From Macrostomum lignano (lineage: Eukaryota), in the NCBI GenBank assembly GCA_002269645.1, contig NIVC01000037.1, forward strand, positions 1,205,182 through 1,269,181: 64,000 nt of DNA, written 5' to 3'. Position 1 is the first letter of the stretch; every line of letters begins with the position of its first letter. This document shows positions 31,251 to 44,050 of the stretch, in pieces. The notes below the pieces were generated by a model that was not told where the DNA came from, searched no databases, and saw only the letters and a list, made by a program, of their open reading frames with translations. The position numbers were made by a program, and so were the translations under genes.

Positions 31251-34200
31251 CTGGATCAGCCAAGAGACAGATGGTCTTTGTTCTGCTTTAAGTGGCAAAA
31301 AGCCAACATTAAATGCTAGCTTTTTTTAATTAAAATTAGCAAACTTTTAAGCTACACTCGTATATCCACAGTAATTTAAACACTTGATAAATTTTAGCTA
31401 GAAGCGATGCTATTTAGTTACAAGCCTCCTAAACTAGAAACTCCACAAGCTATAAGCCTCCTAAACTAGAAACTCCCCAAGCTATAAGCTTCATAAATAG
31501 AAACTCCACAAGCTATAAGCTTCATAAACTGGAAACTCCACAAGCTATAAGCCTCCTAAAGTGGAAACTCCCCAAGCTATAAGCTTCATAAACTAAAAAC
31601 TCCACAAGCTATAGCTTCATAAATTAAAAACTCCCCAAGCTACTCGTATAAGCCTCCTAAACTAGAAACTCCACAAGCTCTAAGCTTCATAAACTAGAAA
31701 CTCCCCAAACTATAAGCCTCCTAAACTAGAAACTCCACAAGCTATAGTTTCATAAATTAGAAACTCCCCAAGCTATAAGCCTCCTAAACTGGAAACTCCC
31801 CAAGCTATAAGCTTCATAAATTAGAAACTCCACAAGCTATAAGCTTCATAAACTGGAAACTCCCAAGCTATAAGCTTCATCAACTAGAAACTCCCCAAGC
31901 TATAAGCTTCATCAACTAGAAACTCCCCAAGCTATAAGCTTCATAAACTAGAAACTCCACAAGCTATAAGCTTCATAAACTGCAAACTCTAAGCTAGAAG
32001 CTATAAGCTTCATCAACTAGAAACTCCACAAGCTACAAGCCTCCTAAACTAGAAACTCCCCAAGCTATTAGCTTCATCAACTAGAAACTCCCCAAGCTAT
32101 AAGCTTCATCAACTAGAAACTTCACAAGCTATAGCTTCATAAACTAGAAACTCTACAAGCTATAGGCCTCCTAAATTAGAAACTCCACAAGCTATAAGCT
32201 TCATAAACTGGAAACGCCACAAGCTATAAGCTTCATCAACTAGGAAGCTGGCGGTAACCTCAGCTCCGCGGGCGCCGCCCGCACAACCTCGCGCAGAGCC
32301 TCCTGCATGAGCTCGTGCTGCAGCAGTGACAGATTGCGCAGCCGCTGCCGCATAATGTCCAGATGGCGGAGACTCTGCTCTAGGGGAGGCGGCGACTGAC
32401 GAGAGCTTCCACCGCCGCGTCCACCATGGGCGGAGGCTGCAGTCCCGCCTCCAGGCGACATCAGACAGTTGTTGAGTATCTCGGCCAGTCTGTCCAATTT
32501 CTGTTCGGACCAAAAGTGCAGAATGCTCGGACACAGCGGGTCTGTTAGCTGAGGCTCGCGCCATAGGACAGCACAGACTAGATCGAAACTTGGCTGCTCA
32601 AGTTTGAGCATTAGCAACAGATTAGTGGTAGCTTCCGCATGCCGGCCGCTGTCAAGGTGAGGCAGCAGTGGCAGGAATCGTTCTGTAGGCAAATCCTGAG
32701 CATTCAACAGCTGCCAAAGGAATAGTTGTTCAACACTCTCCCAGGAGAGACTGTCTCGTAGTAGAGTCACCTGGTAATAAAATAAAATAACTTAAAATAA
32801 CTTTTGCTTTTGTCTATGGCTAAAAGTGACAAATTCAGCGAAGTCTCATAGCAAAAGTTGGCTGTTTTATTTTTAAGTCAGGGCCGCTGTACACTGCCAG
32901 GATTTTTCCTGGGGGGTCATCTGACCCCCTCCCTGACCCCCTTTCGGATCCGCCATTGAGTAAATTTCTGCTCTCTCTCCAACTTTGGAGGAAGTATAGA
33001 ACAGTTGAATTTCACTTTTTCTTAAATTTTAAGGGGGGAGGGGTCATGACCCCTAGATTTTCTCGCAAGGGAAGGGTCATGAACCCTAGATTTTCTCGCG
33101 GGGGAGGGGTCATGACCCCTAGATTTTCTCGCGGGGGAGGGGCATGCTTGGACGCAACATAGGGATTCACCCGGCTGTTTCTATTGGCAACACACACATG
33201 TAAGTCGCTATTGGACAGAATAATAGTCACGTGACTGCTCTCAGCCAATAGCGACTTACATGTGTGTGTTGCCAATAGAAACGGCCGGGTGATTCCTAAG
33301 GTTGTGCATGTATGGGAAGGGGTCATGACGGCCTAGATTTTCTCGCGGGGGAGGGGTCATGACCCCTTGATTTTCTCGCGGGGGAGGGGTCAGCTGACCA
33401 CTTTGACCTCCTGGATCCGCCATTGCACTGTATACTGTGTAATGCATAAGCCGAACCAAAACAATTACCAGATTATCTTTGCGGAACAATTCCAAGTGTC
33501 CCTGCATAATATCGGCCACCATAGTCTGCAGCTGGGAGCAGTCAATGCTGGACACAATGATGCGCATCAGATGCGGATTATTCTGGCACTGGCTGGCAAA
33601 GTTGCGGAACACATCGGGCAGCAGGTAGGCCAATAGGCGCGGATCGTCCTGGGCTAGCAGGTTCAAATCTTTGAACAGGCAGGTGCGCAGATCGGGATTC
33701 TCTTGGCTTTTGCAAAACTCTTTGTAGGCAACAAATTTATCGTCCTGGCTTTGGGCTCGGTCCACTTTGAGAAAGTATAACAGGTAATAGCCAATGCGAG
33801 GGTGTCTGGCCGCCATCTCCGATAGCAGCAGGTACAGCGGCTGCCGCTTCGGGTCGTCCTCAGAGTACTGGCATAGCGTTCGGCAGATCACGAATATGGG
33901 AGTGCTCACGCTGTCCTCCAGGCTCCTGCGGCATGCAGTCAGGGATCGGCGGGATCGTTAGGGCTCTTTGCCGCGTTCTCCTCTGCTTTCATTGCCCATA
34001 TTCTTCTCTCTGTTCCTTCCCAGATTCTCCTGATCTGCCTTCCTCATCCCGACTCTCCCCGATCCCCCGACTCTCCCCGATCCCCTGACTCTCCTCCCGA
34101 TCCCCTGACTCTCCTCCCGATCCCCTGACTCTCCTCCCGATCCCCTGACTCTCCTCCCGATCCCCTGACTCTCCCCAATCCCCTGACTCTCCCCGATCCT

Positions 34201-37200
34201 CTGACTCTCCCCGATCCCATAACTCTCCCCGATCCCCTGACTCTCCCCGATCCCCTGACTCTCCCCGATCCCCTGATTCTCCCCGATCCCCTGATTCTCC
34301 TCCCGATCCCCTGACTCTCCTCCCGATCCCCTGACTCTCCCCGATCCCCTGACTCTCCTCCCGATCCCCTGACTCTCCTCCCGATCCCCTGACTCTCCTC
34401 CCGATCCCCTGACTCTCCTCCCGATCCCCTGACTCTCCCCGATCCCCTGACTCTCCCCGATCCCCTGACTCTCTCCGATCTCCTGACTCTCCTCCCGATC
34501 CCCTGACTCTCCCCGATCCCCTGACTCTCCCCGATCCCCTGACTCTCCCCGATCCTCTGACTCTCCTCCCGATCCCCTGACTCTCCCCGATCCCCTGACT
34601 CTCCCCGATCCCCTGACTCTCTCCGATCCTCTGACTCTCCCCGATCCCCTGACTCTCCCCCATCCAAAGACTCTCCCAATCCCTTGACTCTCCCCCATCC
34701 GAAGACTCTCCCAATGCCTTGGCTCTTCCCCATCCAGACTCTCCTAATCGCTTGACTCTCCCAATCCCTTGACTCTCCCAATCCCCTGACTCTCCGCCAT
34801 TCAAAGACTCTCCCAATCCCCTACTTTTTCCCATCCCCTGATTAGCGTACTTCCGAAGAAAGTATCGTGCAAAAGCTCCGCAGGGAACTCACGAAGCATC
34901 GGCCGACTCCCCGGGAAAGATGGGGTCCTCCAACTGCGAGTGGCAGATTTCGCACAGGCAGGTGGCTATACGACGCGAAAAGTCCAAATCGATGTCCTCC
35001 TCTTCTATGATGCCCTGCACCACCTGGTACATGATCTCGCACTGGGCCTCAGTATCGCTGCGAGAGTTTTAAAATAATAATTGTATTATATTAGGTTAGT
35101 AATTTCACATTGTCCTTAAGTCTTTAGCTTGATTGCACAATTCCTAGCAATAAGCTTCAATTCAGTGTAAAAAACTTTACCTTTCATCTCTAAGCTGCAT
35201 AAGGCGATCCCGCATGACTGAGTCCAACTGCTGCAGGTAGGACTCAATATCCACCCTGTCTACCTGGTAATGACAGCGCAGCTTCAGGCGTTGAAAGTCC
35301 CGACGAAGATCGAAAAACGCGCCGCTAGCGCCGCCGACAGTTCCACCGGCGCCGCCGCCAGCGCCGTTCTCTGCGTCCGACATTTCGGCGTCGCTGAACT
35401 CGGCAGATTCCGAACGGCGACGCCCTCTGCCACCGCCAGAGCCGACAAAAGTTGCCGCCGCAGCTGCAGCCGACGGTTCCATCGACACGTCCGGCTGGAC
35501 GCTGGCTGGGGCGGCGGATGGCGCTGGCGGCGCCGGAGGCGTCGGCGGTTTCGGCGGCGGAGTGGCGGAGCGCGACAAGGACTCGTGGTGATGCCCGCCG
35601 CCTGAAGTCGAGGAGGCCGGCGGCGTCGACGTCTGCCGAGCGATGCCGCCGCTGCTGGAGACGCCGCTGCTGGAGACGCCGCTGCTGGCAGCCGATACGA
35701 TGATTGCCGAATCATAGATTGGCGTCGGTTGAAGGCCGCCGACAACCGCCGAAGCGGGGTCTGGCAGCCTGGCGGACTGGCGTAATGGGGAACACGGAAC
35801 TAATTCAGGTGCTTAGTCGCTGAGTGATTGTTTGAAATAAAAGGGAGATTGGCGACGGTGAATCGCCTAGCGATAAAAACCATTGTTCAGAATATCGCCC
35901 GTGTCCGACAGAAATATGTTCCTCTCCCCCTGAATCCACCCCGACAATCCCATCTCCCTAAATGTTTTCCCCCCGAAAATCCCATCCACCCTGAATCTTT
36001 CACCCCGAAAATCCCATCCCCCGGAATCTTTCAACCCAAGAATCCCATCTCCCTGAATCTTTCCCACCAAAATCCCATCCACCCTGAATCTTTCACCCCG
36101 AAAATCCCATCCCCCGGAATCTTTCCCACCAAAATCCCATCTCCCTGAATCTTTCACTTCGAAAATTCCATCTCCCCTGAATCTTTCACTTCGAAAATTC
36201 CATCTCCCCTGAATCTTTCACCCCGAAAATCCCATCTCCCTTGAATCTTTCCCCCCGAAAATCCCATCTCCCTTGAATCTTTCCCCCCGAAAATCCCATC
36301 TCCCTTGAATCTTTCACCCCGAAAATCCCATCTCTCTTGAATCTTTCACCCCGAAAATTCCATCTCTGAAAAACGTTCTTTCCGCTATCAAATTCTCCAG
36401 ACTCACCGCAGCCGCAGCCGCCTGAGGCGCCTGTGCCGGCACCAGATCGGCAAACGTGTGCCTCAACAGGCCGTGCATCTGTTTGTCCATCTTAGCCAAA
36501 TCGAATATATGCGCCAGACTGTGCACAACTTTTCGTTCGACTGCGGACAGCAGACACAAGCGGAGCCTGCGCCGTAGGTCGCCAGCCAGAGCCGGATAAT
36601 AATTATCGGCTAATCGGCATAGAAAATCCAGCATGCCAATAGCCAGGTGCTGCTGATGCGATCTGGCTAAATTGTTTTGAATAACCAGCACGCCGGGCTC
36701 AATGTTCATGAGATTGTGCTGCGCCGGGTCGAACATCAGCCAATCGTAATAGAGCGCCAATTTCATATTGCAAACCACTGTTGGCGATGTACAGCTAAGT
36801 ATTAGCCAGCTAATGAATGCCCAGCGCTGTACAACCTCGGAGGCGATTGTCTCATTAGACGGATGCACCTGGGTCACTACGAAACGAATCCAATCTACTC
36901 GGAGACTCTGCGACTCGGGCGTGTTCAGGTATTTGCGAGTTAACCAATCTAGATAGCGTTTGTGCGAGCCCATGTGTACGAACTTCAGGTACCTGGAAGG
37001 GCATTGAGATGGTAGGATTTTATTAGTGACTAGAATTTCTCAGTGAATGGGATTTCCCAATGGGATTCCCACTTATTGGGATTCCACGCTGACTGGAATT
37101 TTCCACTGGGATTTCCCACAGATTAGTATTTCCCACTGATTGGGACTACCCACTGCTTAGGGTGGGTACTACACACTGATTGGGATTTTCCACTGATTGG

Positions 37201-40200
37201 GATTTCCCAGCTATTGGGATTTCCCACTGTGGATTCTCAACAGATTAGGACTTCCTACCGATTGGGATTACCCACTGATTAGAATTATCGACTGATTAGG
37301 ATTCCCTAAGGATTCGGATTCCCCACTGATTGGGATTTCGCAGCTATTGTGATTTCCCGCTGGGATTCCCACCTGATTTGGATTTCCCACTAAATAGGAT
37401 TCTCTTGAATAGAATTTACTTGTGATATAGCAGTGATTTTTTCGAGCCTGGAACGATTTAATACATGGAATTCTCCACTGATTGGGAATCTCTATTGACT
37501 GTAATTCCCATAAAACAAAGCCACCAACTTACCACTTGATTCGCTGTTCCATATCGTGAGTCAGCCGGCTTGTAATGCACACGGGACTGGGCGGTTGGGC
37601 CAACAGCTGGGAAACTCCGGTAAATTTCGGAGACAGGCTGGTCGGCGAGTGCAGAATCTCCGACCAGAGACGTTCGAACTCGGGAAGCTTGGCCAGGTCC
37701 TATGCGGGAAACCGGTGGGAGTGCACTAATGCATAAGTGACTCTCCCTTCTGATCTAACAGGTTGGATGCTTAGCTGTGACTCTCCCCTCTGATCTAACA
37801 GGTTAGATGCTTAGCTGTGACTCTCCCCTCTGATCTAACAGGTTGGATGCTTAGCTGTGACTCTCCCCTCTGATCTAACAGGTTGGATGCTTGGCTGTGA
37901 CTCTCCCCTCTGATCTAACAGGTTGGATGCTTAGCTGTGACTCTCCCCTCTGATCTAACAGGTTGGATGCTTAGCTGTGACTCTCCCTTCTGATCTAACA
38001 GGTTGGATGCTTAGCTGTGACTCTCCCCTCTGATCTAACAGGTTGAATGCTTAGCTGTGACTCTCCCCTCTGATCTAACAGGTTGGATGCTTAGCTGTGA
38101 CTCTCCCCTCTGATCTAACAGGTTGGATGCTTAGCTGTGACTCTCCCCTCTGATCTAACAGGTTGGATGCTTAGCCGTGACTCTCCCCTCTGATTTAACA
38201 GGTTGGATGCTTAGCTGTGACTCTCCCCTCTGATCTAACAGGTTGGATGCTTAGCCGTGACTCTCCCCTCTGATCTAACAGGTTGGATGCTTAGCCGTGA
38301 CTCTCCCCTCTGATCTAACAGGTTGGATGCTTAGCCGTGACTCTCCCCTCTGATCTAACAGGTTGAATGATTAGCTGTGACTCTCCCTTCTGATCTAACA
38401 GGTTGAATGCTTAGCTGTGACTCGCCCCTCTAATCTAACAGGTTGAATGCTTAGCTGTGACTCTCCCCTCTGATCTAACAGGTTGGATGCTTAGCTGTGA
38501 CTCTCCCCTCTGATCTAACAGGTTGAATGCTTAGCTGTGACTCTCCCCTCTGATCTAACAGGTTGAATGCTTAGCTGTGACTCTCCCCTCTGATTTAACA
38601 GGTTGGATGCTTGGCTGTGACTCTCCCCTCTGATCTAACAGGTTGGATGCTTAGCTGTGACTCTCCCCTCTGATCTAACAGGTTGGATGCTTGGCTGTGA
38701 CTCTCCCCTCTGATCTAACAGGTTGAATGCTTAGCTGTGACTCTCCCCTCTGATCTAACAGGTTGGATGCTTAGCTGTGACTCTCCCCTCTGATCTAACA
38801 GGTTGGATGCTTGGCTGTGACTCTCCCCTCTGATTTAACAGGTTGGATGCTTAGCTGTGACTCTCCCCTCTGATTTAACAGGTTGAATGCTTAGCTGTGA
38901 CTCTCCCCTCTGATCTAACAGGTTGGATGCTTAGCTGTGACTCTCCCCTCTGATCTAACAGGTTGGATGCTTAGCTGTGACTCTCCCCTCTGATTTAACA
39001 GGTTGGATGCTTAGCTGTGACTCTCCCCTCTGATCTAACAGGTTGAATGCTTAGCTGTGACTCTCCCCTCTGATCTAACAGGTTGGATGCTTAGCTGTGA
39101 CTCTCCCCTCTGATCTAACAGGTTGGATGCTTGGCTGTGACTCTCCCCTCTGATTTAACAGGTTGGATGCTTAGCTGTGACTCTCCCCTCTGATCTAACA
39201 GGTTGAATGATTAGCTGTGACTCTCCCTTCTGATCTAACAGGTTGAATGCTTAGCTGTGACTCGCCCCTCTAATCTAACAGGTTGAATGCTTAGCTGTGA
39301 CTCTCCCCTCTGATCTAACAGGTTGGATGCTTAGCTGTGACTCTCCCCTCTGATCTAACAGGTTGGATGCTTAGCTGTGACTCTCCCCTCTGATCTAACA
39401 GGTTGAATGCTTAGCTGTGACTCTCCCCTCTGATCTAACAGGTTGAATGCTTAGCTGTGACTCTCCCCTCTGATCTAACAGGTTGGATGCTTGGCTGTGA
39501 CTCTCCCCTCTGATCTAACAGGTTGGATGCTTAGCTGTGACTCTCCCCTCTGATCTAACAGGTTGGATGCTTGGCTGTGACTCTCCCCTCTGATCCAACA
39601 GGTTGAATGCTTAGCTGTGACTCTCCCCTCTGATCTAACAGGTTGGATGCTTAGCTGTGACTCTCCCCTCTGATCTAACAGGTTGGATGCTTAGCTGTGA
39701 CTCTCCCCTCTGATCTAACAGGTTGAATGCTTAGCTGTGACTCTCCCCTCTGATCTAACAGGTTGAATGCTTAGCTGTGACTCTCCCCTCTGATCTAACA
39801 GGTTGGATGCTTAGCTGTGACTCTCCCCTCTGATCTAACAGGTTGGATGCTTAGCTGTGACTCTCCCCTCTGATCTAACAGGTTGAATGCTTAGCTGTGA
39901 CTCTCCCCTCTGATCTAACAGGTTGAATGCTTAGCTGTGACTCTCCCCTCTGATCTAACAGGTTGGATGCTTAGCTGTGACTCTCCCCTCTGATCTAACA
40001 GGTTGGATGCTTGGCTGTGACTCTCCCCTCTGATTTAACAGGTTGGATGCTTAGCTGTGACTCTCCCCTCTGATTTAACAGGTTGGATGCTTAGCTGTGA
40101 CTCTCCCCTCTGATTTAACAGGTTGAATGCTTAGCTGTGACTCTCCCCTCTGATCTAACAGGTTGAATGCTTAGCTGTGACTCTCCCCTCTGATCTAACA

Positions 40201-43053
40201 GGTTGGATGCTTGGCTGTGACTCTCCCCTCTGATTTAACAGGTTGGATGCTTAGCTGTGACTCTCCCCTCTGATTTAACAGGTTGAATGCTTAGCTGTGA
40301 CTCTCCCCTCTGATCTAACAGGTTGGATGCTTGGCTGTGACTCTCCCCTCTGATTTAACAGGTTGGATGCTTAGCTGTGACTCTCCCCTCTGATCCAACA
40401 GGTTGAATGCTTAGCTGTGACTCTCCCCTCTGATCTAACAGGTTGAATGCTTAGCTGTGACTCTCCCCTCTGATCTAACAGGTTGAATGCTTAGCTGTGA
40501 CTCTCCCCTTGGGTCCCCAGCAGCATGAGCTAAATTCACAGGTTAACTCACCTGCAACAGACGCAGCAGATCCCGCCCAATACTCAGACAGTCTGTAAAA
40601 TTATCCCTCAGCAATGGCAATACAAAATCAATTTCTCGTTTTCTTAAGCGCTCCAACGCGCCCTGTAAACCGTGGCTAACAGGCGCGGCGTGATCGGCAA
40701 TGATTCTGAGATAAGAGTACACAACCACTGGCACCACAGCCTTCTTATCTAGCCAATTGTGCCTGTGCTGGCTCAGTATGTCTAGCACAGTTTCAACCAG
40801 CCACAGATTCAATGGAGACAAATCTCCGCCAGTCATCCTGCGCAGAAGATGATGCAACACGTGCTCGGCATTGATTGTATTGCTTTTGACCAGCTCGTGA
40901 AATAGCCATAGCAACTGGCGCCGAGGCGTATCCAATAATTTAGCCCAATATTCGCCTAGCAACCGGCTGATTTCTGTGACGGCCAAATTTAAATTGTCTT
41001 TAGTAGTTAGCAGCAAGAATTTGAATGCTTTGGCCGCAAATGCTGGCTCACATAGGGAGGAATAGAGGAGGCCCAGCTGTACCGCGTTGCATGCATTATG
41101 CGATGTGAGCGACTGCAGAAAATGGTATGGCAGATTTGTCATTTTGAAATAAAATTTGACAGCAAAATGTTAATCTTACAAAAAACATGCGTTCACTACT
41201 TACATGCTTTAGTAGTACATCATTCATAGCTGATTCGGAATCTTCAATCGAGTTTAGCAGCTGTTTGACTTCATTGTAGGCAGATTGCAGCAACTACAAA
41301 CACAAAATGGATTTCTCTACTTGAACTCATTGGATAGGCAATGATGCTCTCTTAATAATATTGTCCTCATATTTGTTTTATATTCTATTTATATCATATG
41401 CCTTGAATTTTAAGCTTAGTAGAGAACCTAAATATATGGCCTCTGAGAAAATTTAAGTTATACAATGAGTCTATAACATGGCCTAATTTTTTTATTATCA
41501 TACTGCACAATATAGGCTTATTAACATAATCTTTATATAATAATAGCAATCTATTAAGCAAGCTAGATAACAAAGATAAGATGAGCTAAATTACATATCT
41601 CTCAAAGTCTAGAATATATATATATATATATATATATCATATCTAATATAGAATTAAATCTATATGCTAAAACTATTTCTACTAAAACTATAGATATGGC
41701 TATAAGAGTTATAGATACAAAAGGTTTTACATAGAAAAAAGTATATACAAATATATAGAGTAGTTTGGACCTTAGTTGGCTACAATAGGGTTAGGTAATC
41801 CTCTAGCCCATGTTGTAGATCATATTTTTTGTATATACTAAAAAATTTAGCTTGGTAGTATATACTAATAGAATTGCATGATTAAAACAGTCAGAAATAT
41901 TATAACAATTCAAAGTATTATTTGATATATAAACCTAATATAATTTTGTTGTCAAAATTTTCAAATAAATACTAGTACTATTATTACAAAGTAATAGTTT
42001 CTTTGCTACTAAGTAGTAGTAATAGGCTTTAATTATTTAGCATATTTTATGCAATGATCTGATACTTTTATATTTACTAGCTATAAGCTTTTAGATTATA
42101 AGGGTGTTTATAAATAGTATTTATATGAAAATGATAATGTCAAAAAGTTGTTTTTCTTGCATACATATTAGATGTATATTAGCTAGAGGCTAGAGCTTTT
42201 ATACACTAGAATTTTTTAGCATTTATTATACCTTACCTACAACATGGCCTTTACTAGACATCTGGCTATTATATCAATTAAAAATAATGAATTCTTATCT
42301 TTTTAACTTTATTGCTATAGCTACTCCATAGTCTAGATCATATTAGGTGCATGCTTGAAACAAAAAATTAATAGGCTTGATTACAAATGCACACCAAAAA
42401 ATGGAGTGCATACCCATTCTTAAAACAATGCCAGTGTGTGACAATAAATGACCTTTTTATGTTATAGGCCCATAACAATAAATGACCTTTTTTGAATTAT
42501 GTAGGCCTTTTAATGGACCCTTTTTGGCAAATAATTTGATTGTTTTTGTATTTTTGGTGATAATATTTGTAATGAAAATTTGATACACACAAAAATTAGT
42601 CTAAAGGCTTTGTTACAAGCTTAAAAACCTAGAAAGCTAGAAATTTACACTTTAAAATGAACTTTTTTTCATTTTTTTACTTCATAATAACTCTTCCGTG
42701 TGATTCTGTAAAGTGCATGCCAGGTGTGCATGCCTACTTTTGGCATGCAAAGCCAATGCATCCCTGAATTTTTGGGTGTATACTACATGATCCAGTGTGG
42801 TAGCTACTATATTATTCTATTGTTAGTTAGGCCCTACTATATTTAGAATTATTTTAGATTTCAAATAGTTCTATTTAAGCCCAAATCATTTTTAAAAATA
42901 ATTTAATACTTAGTTAGGCCCTAATATTTAAAATTAATACTACTAGACAATGGCATGCTTCCTCAACTCATTAACAAACAATAAACATACCTTCACTGCA
43001 TCTGGTACAACTTCGATAGCATCCTGTTGGATTAGACCTGGAATAGTAGTCAT
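30770..43053 (-). CDS. INTS3: Integrator complex subunit 3 (SOSS-A), complete, ~1225 aa
   Basis: Phase-consistent exons: 42991-43053, 41204-41293, 40552-41112, 37533-37699, 36407-36992, 35181-35776, 34893-35057, 33469-33925, 32259-32770, 30770-31250. Hallmarks: IGRDLLRLLQ|DLAKLPEFERLW, KRYLDWLTRKYLNTPESQSLR, MNIEPG, SDTEAQCEIM, PRIGYYLLYFL, SLSWESVEQ. Confidence 0.95.
31420..32242. repeat. 32-bp minisatellite (INTS3 intron 9)
   Basis: ctccccaagctataagcttcataaactagaaa. Confidence 0.95.
32259..32770 (-). CDS. INTS3: INTS3 exon 9
   Basis: taccag/gttacc; VTLLRDSLSWESVEQLFLWQLL..HAEATTNLLLML. Confidence 0.9.
33035..33400. repeat. 31-32-bp minisatellite interrupted by a palindromic insert (INTS3 intron 8)
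   Basis: catgacccctagattttctcgcgggggagggg units on both sides of 33167-33292. Confidence 0.85.
33167..33292. mobile_element. Palindromic (fold-back) MITE-like element
   Basis: 48-bp arms tcacccggc(t/c)gtttctattggcaacacacacatgtaagtcgctattgg with 1 mismatch; 30-nt loop containing gtcacgtgac. Confidence 0.6.
33469..33925 (-). CDS. INTS3: INTS3 exon 8
   Basis: ccgcag/gtaatt; SLEDSVSTPIFVICR..PRIGYYLLYFL..FRKDNL. Confidence 0.9.
34040..34840. repeat. 18/20-bp C-rich minisatellite (INTS3 intron 7)
   Basis: cccctgactctcc(tc)ccgat. Confidence 0.96.
34893..35057 (-). CDS. INTS3: INTS3 exon 7
   Basis: tcgcag/gtgagt; (S)DTEAQCEIMYQVVQGIIEEED. Confidence 0.9.
35181..35776 (-). CDS. INTS3: INTS3 exon 6 (low-complexity linker + AEFSDAE)
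   Basis: cgccag/gtaaag, open frame, phase 0->2. Confidence 0.8.
35940..36370. repeat. ~32-bp minisatellite (INTS3 intron 5)
   Basis: gaatctttcaccccgaaaatcccatctcccct. Confidence 0.9.
36407..36992 (-). CDS. INTS3: INTS3 exon 5
   Basis: ttccag/gtgagt; KRYLDW..HPSNE..RWAFISWL..LALYYDWL..MNIEPG. Confidence 0.95.
37040..37500. repeat. Highly degenerate ~19-20-bp repeat (INTS3 intron 4)
   Basis: Recurring ttcccactgattggga cores. Confidence 0.7.
37533..37699 (-). CDS. INTS3: INTS3 exon 4
   Basis: gcatag/gtaagt; DLAKLPEFERLWSEILHSPTSLSPKFTG..RLTHDME. Confidence 0.9.
37738..40508. repeat. 40-bp minisatellite, ~69 copies (INTS3 intron 3)
   Basis: ctctcccctctgatctaacaggttggatgcttagctgtga. Confidence 0.99.
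40552..41112 (-). CDS. INTS3: INTS3 exon 3
   Basis: ctgcag/gtgagt; 561 bp; RQLLWLFHELVKS..YSYLRIIADH..IGRDLLRLLQ. Confidence 0.95.
41204..41293 (-). CDS. INTS3: INTS3 exon 2
   Basis: ttgtag/gtaagt; 90 bp; LLQSAYNEVKQLL..MNDVLLKH. Confidence 0.8.
42991..43053 (-). CDS. INTS3: INTS3 exon 1 (MTTIPGLIQQDAIEVVPDAVK)
   Basis: ATG at 43053, AAG/gtatgt donor, phase 0. Confidence 0.65.
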
Positions 43054-43299
43054 GATGCTTTAAGGCGAATGTAGGGCCTAAGAGTAAGAGTCAAAATGAA
43101 GCAAAAAAGATTCTGGTCTTTGTAAATTCAAACATGAAAATGTATGTAGGTCAAGAACCACAAACCACTATTTTAACCTAGGTAGTACTAGTAAGGTAGG
43201 CCTACCAAGATAGCTTAGATAGTAAAAAATCTGTGTCTCTATTGAACTTGAGATCCAGCTTAAAAGTGAAAAGCTAGGCCGAATCAAGGACGAAAAGCG

Positions 43300-44050
43300 C
43301 GATTGATTGCAGTTCAGTAGTGGAGTGAGAAAATTCACACGACCTAAATACAATTTTTTGAAAAAAACGTTTCTTAGAAAGGAAAAATACAATTCACTTC
43401 GGTAACAGCCATTTCGGTAACAGCCGCAGTGCTTCAGTAACAAAGCAGATTTACGACACTTTATTATTATTATTATTAGGTTTAACGATAATTAGTTTAA
43501 AAGTTAACATCTCAAATATCTTATTGCACATAGTGTTAAACTTTCTAGTTAAACTGTCTATACTTTGTTTAAACTTGCGCATTAACTTTGTGAAAAATTT
43601 AAAGGCAAAGAAATTAAGCGAAGCGCGCGGCCGCTCGCGATCAAAATCGAGATCGCAATGGCCTACATTACATACATTGAAATTGAAAATTTTTTAAAAT
43701 AATTAATGAAGAAAAAAGTTAGTTTAGTTAGTTAGTTTAGTTAGTTTACTTAGTTAGATCAGAGATTCTAATGTACACGGTACACAATATTTGGCCAATT
43801 ACAGGATGTCTCGGGTGCATGTATCTGACTCATCCGGAAATTAAGATAGATTAGTTAAAACACTTAAACAAGTTAAATACATGCAGGTACGCATGTGTTT
43901 TGTCGCTCTTTCTTTAAAGTTTGTTCGACATCCTTTCGGAGCATATCAATTAATACATATTATATTATTCTCATTTGTTACCGAAGTGGCTGTTACCGAA
44001 ATGGCTGTTACCGAAGTGGACTTCGGTACTTTAACAGCTATGATGTTATC
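43300..44050. promoter_or_regulatory. Putative bidirectional promoter between INTS3 and NUDT1 (local CpG-rich core ~43610-43660)
   Basis: Lies between divergent ATGs (43053 -, 45437 +); CG-dense gcgaagcgcgcggccgctcgcgatc within CpG-poor AT-rich flanks. Confidence 0.45.
43395..44018. mobile_element. Possible MITE: perfect 31-bp inverted repeats 43395-43425 / 43988-44018
   Basis: cacttcggtaacagccatttcggtaacagcc and its exact reverse complement; no coding capacity; no clear target-site duplication. Confidence 0.4.
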
